From: the human T2T-CHM13v2.0 reference genome, Homo sapiens | DNA length: 64,000 bases | Assembly: GCF_009914755.1 (NCBI RefSeq) | Contig: NC_060939.1 | Direction: 5' to 3' (one strand) | Shown here: piece by piece, positions 61,379 to 64,000 of the stretch | How the letters are laid out: each line of letters starts with the position of its first letter | Numbering within the stretch: position 1 is the stretch's first letter | The notes under the pieces: model-generated | Told to the model about the DNA's origin: nothing | Seen by the model: only the letters and a program-made list of their open reading frames with translations | Database searches by the model: none | Made by a program: the position numbers and the translations under genes

Positions 61379-61509
61379 TTTTTTTTTTTTTTTTTTTTTT
61401 ATACTTTAAGTTTTAGGGTACATGTGCACAATGTGCAGGTTAGTTACATATGTATACATGCATCATGCTGGTGTGCTGCACCCATTAACTCGTCATTTAG
61501 CATTAGGTA
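61379..61509 (-). mobile_element. Short young L1PA (PA2/3-like) 3' end with poly-T
   Basis: T-run followed by ATACTTTAAGTTTTAGGGTACATGTGCAC..CATTTAGCATTAGGTA. Confidence 0.92.
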
Positions 61510-62432
61510 CAGAATTTCCTCCTTTGAGATGCATAAAGAAAACAATTACAGCTATAAAATCTGACAACTAAAGACTATTTTTTATACTTTTATACTTCTA
61601 ATAAACTACAAACAATAGAATACATGTTTGGAAGAATAAAATTAAGTCAAAAGAAACCAAAATTTTTACTAGTAACTACAAAAATCCCAGAAATTTTAGT
61701 TTAATTTATTGTAATACTTGAATTAAATGGAAGGGGTGTGTTTCAGATACTTTGTGACCATAAACTTCAGAATTGTAATACAACAAGCACCATGATACAT
61801 TAGACCTACAGACAGAGATAGGGAGAATTCTGGATAGAAATTATTAGAGCACACCAACTAAAATAGTATCAAATACAGAAGCAAAAATAAAGCAAGGGAC
61901 CTCTGCAGTACAGAAATGGACAGGTTCAGAGTAGGAGATGGCACTGTACCCTGGCAGAGTAAGGAGAGAAAACACCTTGAGAAAATCTATACTGACACAT
62001 GTCAAGTTCCAGAACACTCAAGAACCACTTTACTCAAAAGATTCACTAATGAAGAAGTAACTACAGATGTACTTTTTAAATTCTTCTCCTATGTATCTTA
62101 CTTGCACCCATTTCATTAAAGAGTTTTTTAAGCTTAAAACACCTGGGATGTAATTCCTCTCTCCTTCAGTTCTTTGATCCAAACATAAGGCCTAATCACT
62201 GCTTTTATTCACATTAACCCTGTCATCTTCCTCTATTTCCCTCTCCTTCTTTCTTCAGCAGACTCTGAAGAAAACTGACAAGTAGATGTTAATTCCAAGG
62301 AAAAGCAAGCCAGGGAAGGGGAGAACCCACAGGAAAGAAAGGCCAAGTCAGAGAACAGAGCTGCTGCTTTGACTTGGCCTTTCCATCCCTGTGTATCCAG
62401 CTGGTATCTGGGAGCCATGATAAAAGAATTAC

Positions 62433-62539
62433 CTGTTTTGTTTGTCTCTGGAATTAACATCCGCTCCTCTATCTATCAGCAGTTGACATATTGTTGGCCT
62501 ACTCATCTGAGTAGCCAGAACAAGTGGTGTCCGCCCGTC
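62433..62539 (-). CDS. UACA: UACA exon 7 (107 nt), DGRTPLVLATQMSRPTICQLLIDRGADVNSRDKQN(R)
   Basis: acceptor gcttAG, donor GTaatt; G-x-T-P-L ankyrin motif; 103-nt intron to exon 6. Confidence 0.95.
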
Positions 62540-62642
62540 CTAAGCAACAGGAAAAATAAAACAGCATTAAGACAACAGATCTCCCAAAATGTAGAAGTTA
62601 GAATGCATGAGTTGAAATGAGAATAAACATAAACTAACTTAC

Positions 62643-62713
62643 TACATCTTTGGCATTCACAGAGGCCCCATGGTCACAAAGCAGCTGTATGCTAGAAGGA
62701 CAATCTGCCATTG
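62643..62713 (-). CDS. UACA: UACA exon 6 (71 nt), ankyrin repeat (A)MADCPSSIQLLCDHGASVNAKDV
   Basis: acceptor cttaaAG, donor GTaagt; ankyrin consensus. Confidence 0.95.
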
Positions 62714-64000
62714 CTTTAAGGAACAAAAGAAAATGATAAATGGTGAACATCTGTTGGTAAGACACATAGTGTTTTTCTAGGTCCATATAAGGAATAAGTT
62801 TTTCAATTTCTAAATTACCAAGCTTCACGTCCTTCACTCTTAGTTTAGCATTATAAGCACAATTTTTCATCTGAAAATGGATTAGACAAGATTATAAATT
62901 GTCTACAATTTATTAGGACCAAGGAATAACGTCAACCTTGTAGAAGACAAGAACACACTACTATTCTAAGGATAAGCACAGACAATAAAAATCAAAGCTA
63001 AATTTTGTACTTACAGTATATTTTTAAACATGGCTATAACTGACTTGATCCTTGAAGTGTTGGCTCAGTTTTTTTAAAGAATCATATCCATTTTTTATAG
63101 AATAGTCACAGTAAGTAAAGTATGAATCATACAATTCATATTTCTCATAAAAGCAGAGATTGCAATGTCTACCTTTATGCAAAGTAAGGTCATTTTGCTA
63201 ATAATTATAAAATCACATTATGCTTCTTTGACTAACACTATAGTTCATATTTATATTAGGAAAAATTATTGTTAAATTCATAAAGTAGGATTATGTTTAC
63301 AATCCCCATGAATTTTTTAAGCCTTATGAGTTGACATACATTATAAGCACAAAAAGTACTGACAAAGTGAGCATTCTTTTTTTTATTGGTGAAATAATAG
63401 AATTAAACCAAACATAAGAAAATCAAGTAAATTTTCACTTTTCGTCTCTAATCCAGCAAATCTTTTATATAAAATGTATCATCAGCTTTAAGAAAAAGAT
63501 AAACTGAACCTGAAAACATTAATTCAGGAACTGTAAAATTAGCGACCCTTTACGTCCAATTATAAATGAGAATTTAAAAATGTAAAGCATAATAAATTCC
63601 AGAGTTTACAGATTACTAGATCATGAAGAACCGCTTAAAGCCAAAAAGAGAAAACTGCAAACCACCCAGAAATCCTAGACTTTGAGCTAGATGAAGTAAA
63701 TGAGTTTGTTTATATATCCTCTCCTTTGGGAGTATGTGGGAAGTAGGGGCTTTGGAGATATTTGGAAGGCCAGAGAGTTGAACTGTAGCAGAAAATGCAG
63801 TATTTTACCAAAATTTGTTCTCCTCTTCTTCTACTATAGAGTAGGTTTCGGAATATGACTAGTCACCTAGAGAGTTTATTTCTGAGCCTCCCTTGCAGAT
63901 AAATATAGCCAATTGATTTTGCTCCTATCAGTAGAATATGAATGGAGAATAATCTACTACTTCCAAGTCTGAGTTCCAGACTTTGGGCATGTATTCCACT

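Overview
Human (primate) genomic DNA. The right half (about 29.4-64 kb) holds the 3' portion of UACA (uveal autoantigen with coiled-coil domains and ankyrin repeats) on the minus strand. I reconstructed 14 GT-AG exons by hand. Exon numbers 6-19 follow my recollection of the 19-exon reference structure. They join in one frame from the ankyrin repeats (AMADCPSSIQLL...) through a 2739-nt coiled-coil exon to the stop (...MRQGLVC*, 31941-31943), followed by a ~2.5-kb 3'UTR. The left half is intergenic and repeat-rich: Alu, L1, L2/MIR, MaLR/ERVL/ERV1 LTRs, hAT and Tigger elements, a decayed ERVL provirus, two minisatellites and a perfect 90-bp duplication. Most ORFs in the supplied track are spurious or repeat-derived. 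I see no clear new multi-gene system. The most notable signals are: (i) an 11-fold, ~63-residue hinge-motif periodicity in the giant exon that accounts for every proline in the rod; (ii) a 162-bp templated duplication bracketing ankyrin exon 8 with a snap-back junction; (iii) an 18-unit compound minisatellite rich in RNA-binding-protein motifs; (iv) a perfect CUGG-loop hairpin (Smaug/SAMD4-type) in the 3'UTR; (v) inverted-Alu-flanked exons 11-13 that would give a stop-free 240-nt circle. Repeat subfamily names come from recognition by eye and their boundaries are approximate.
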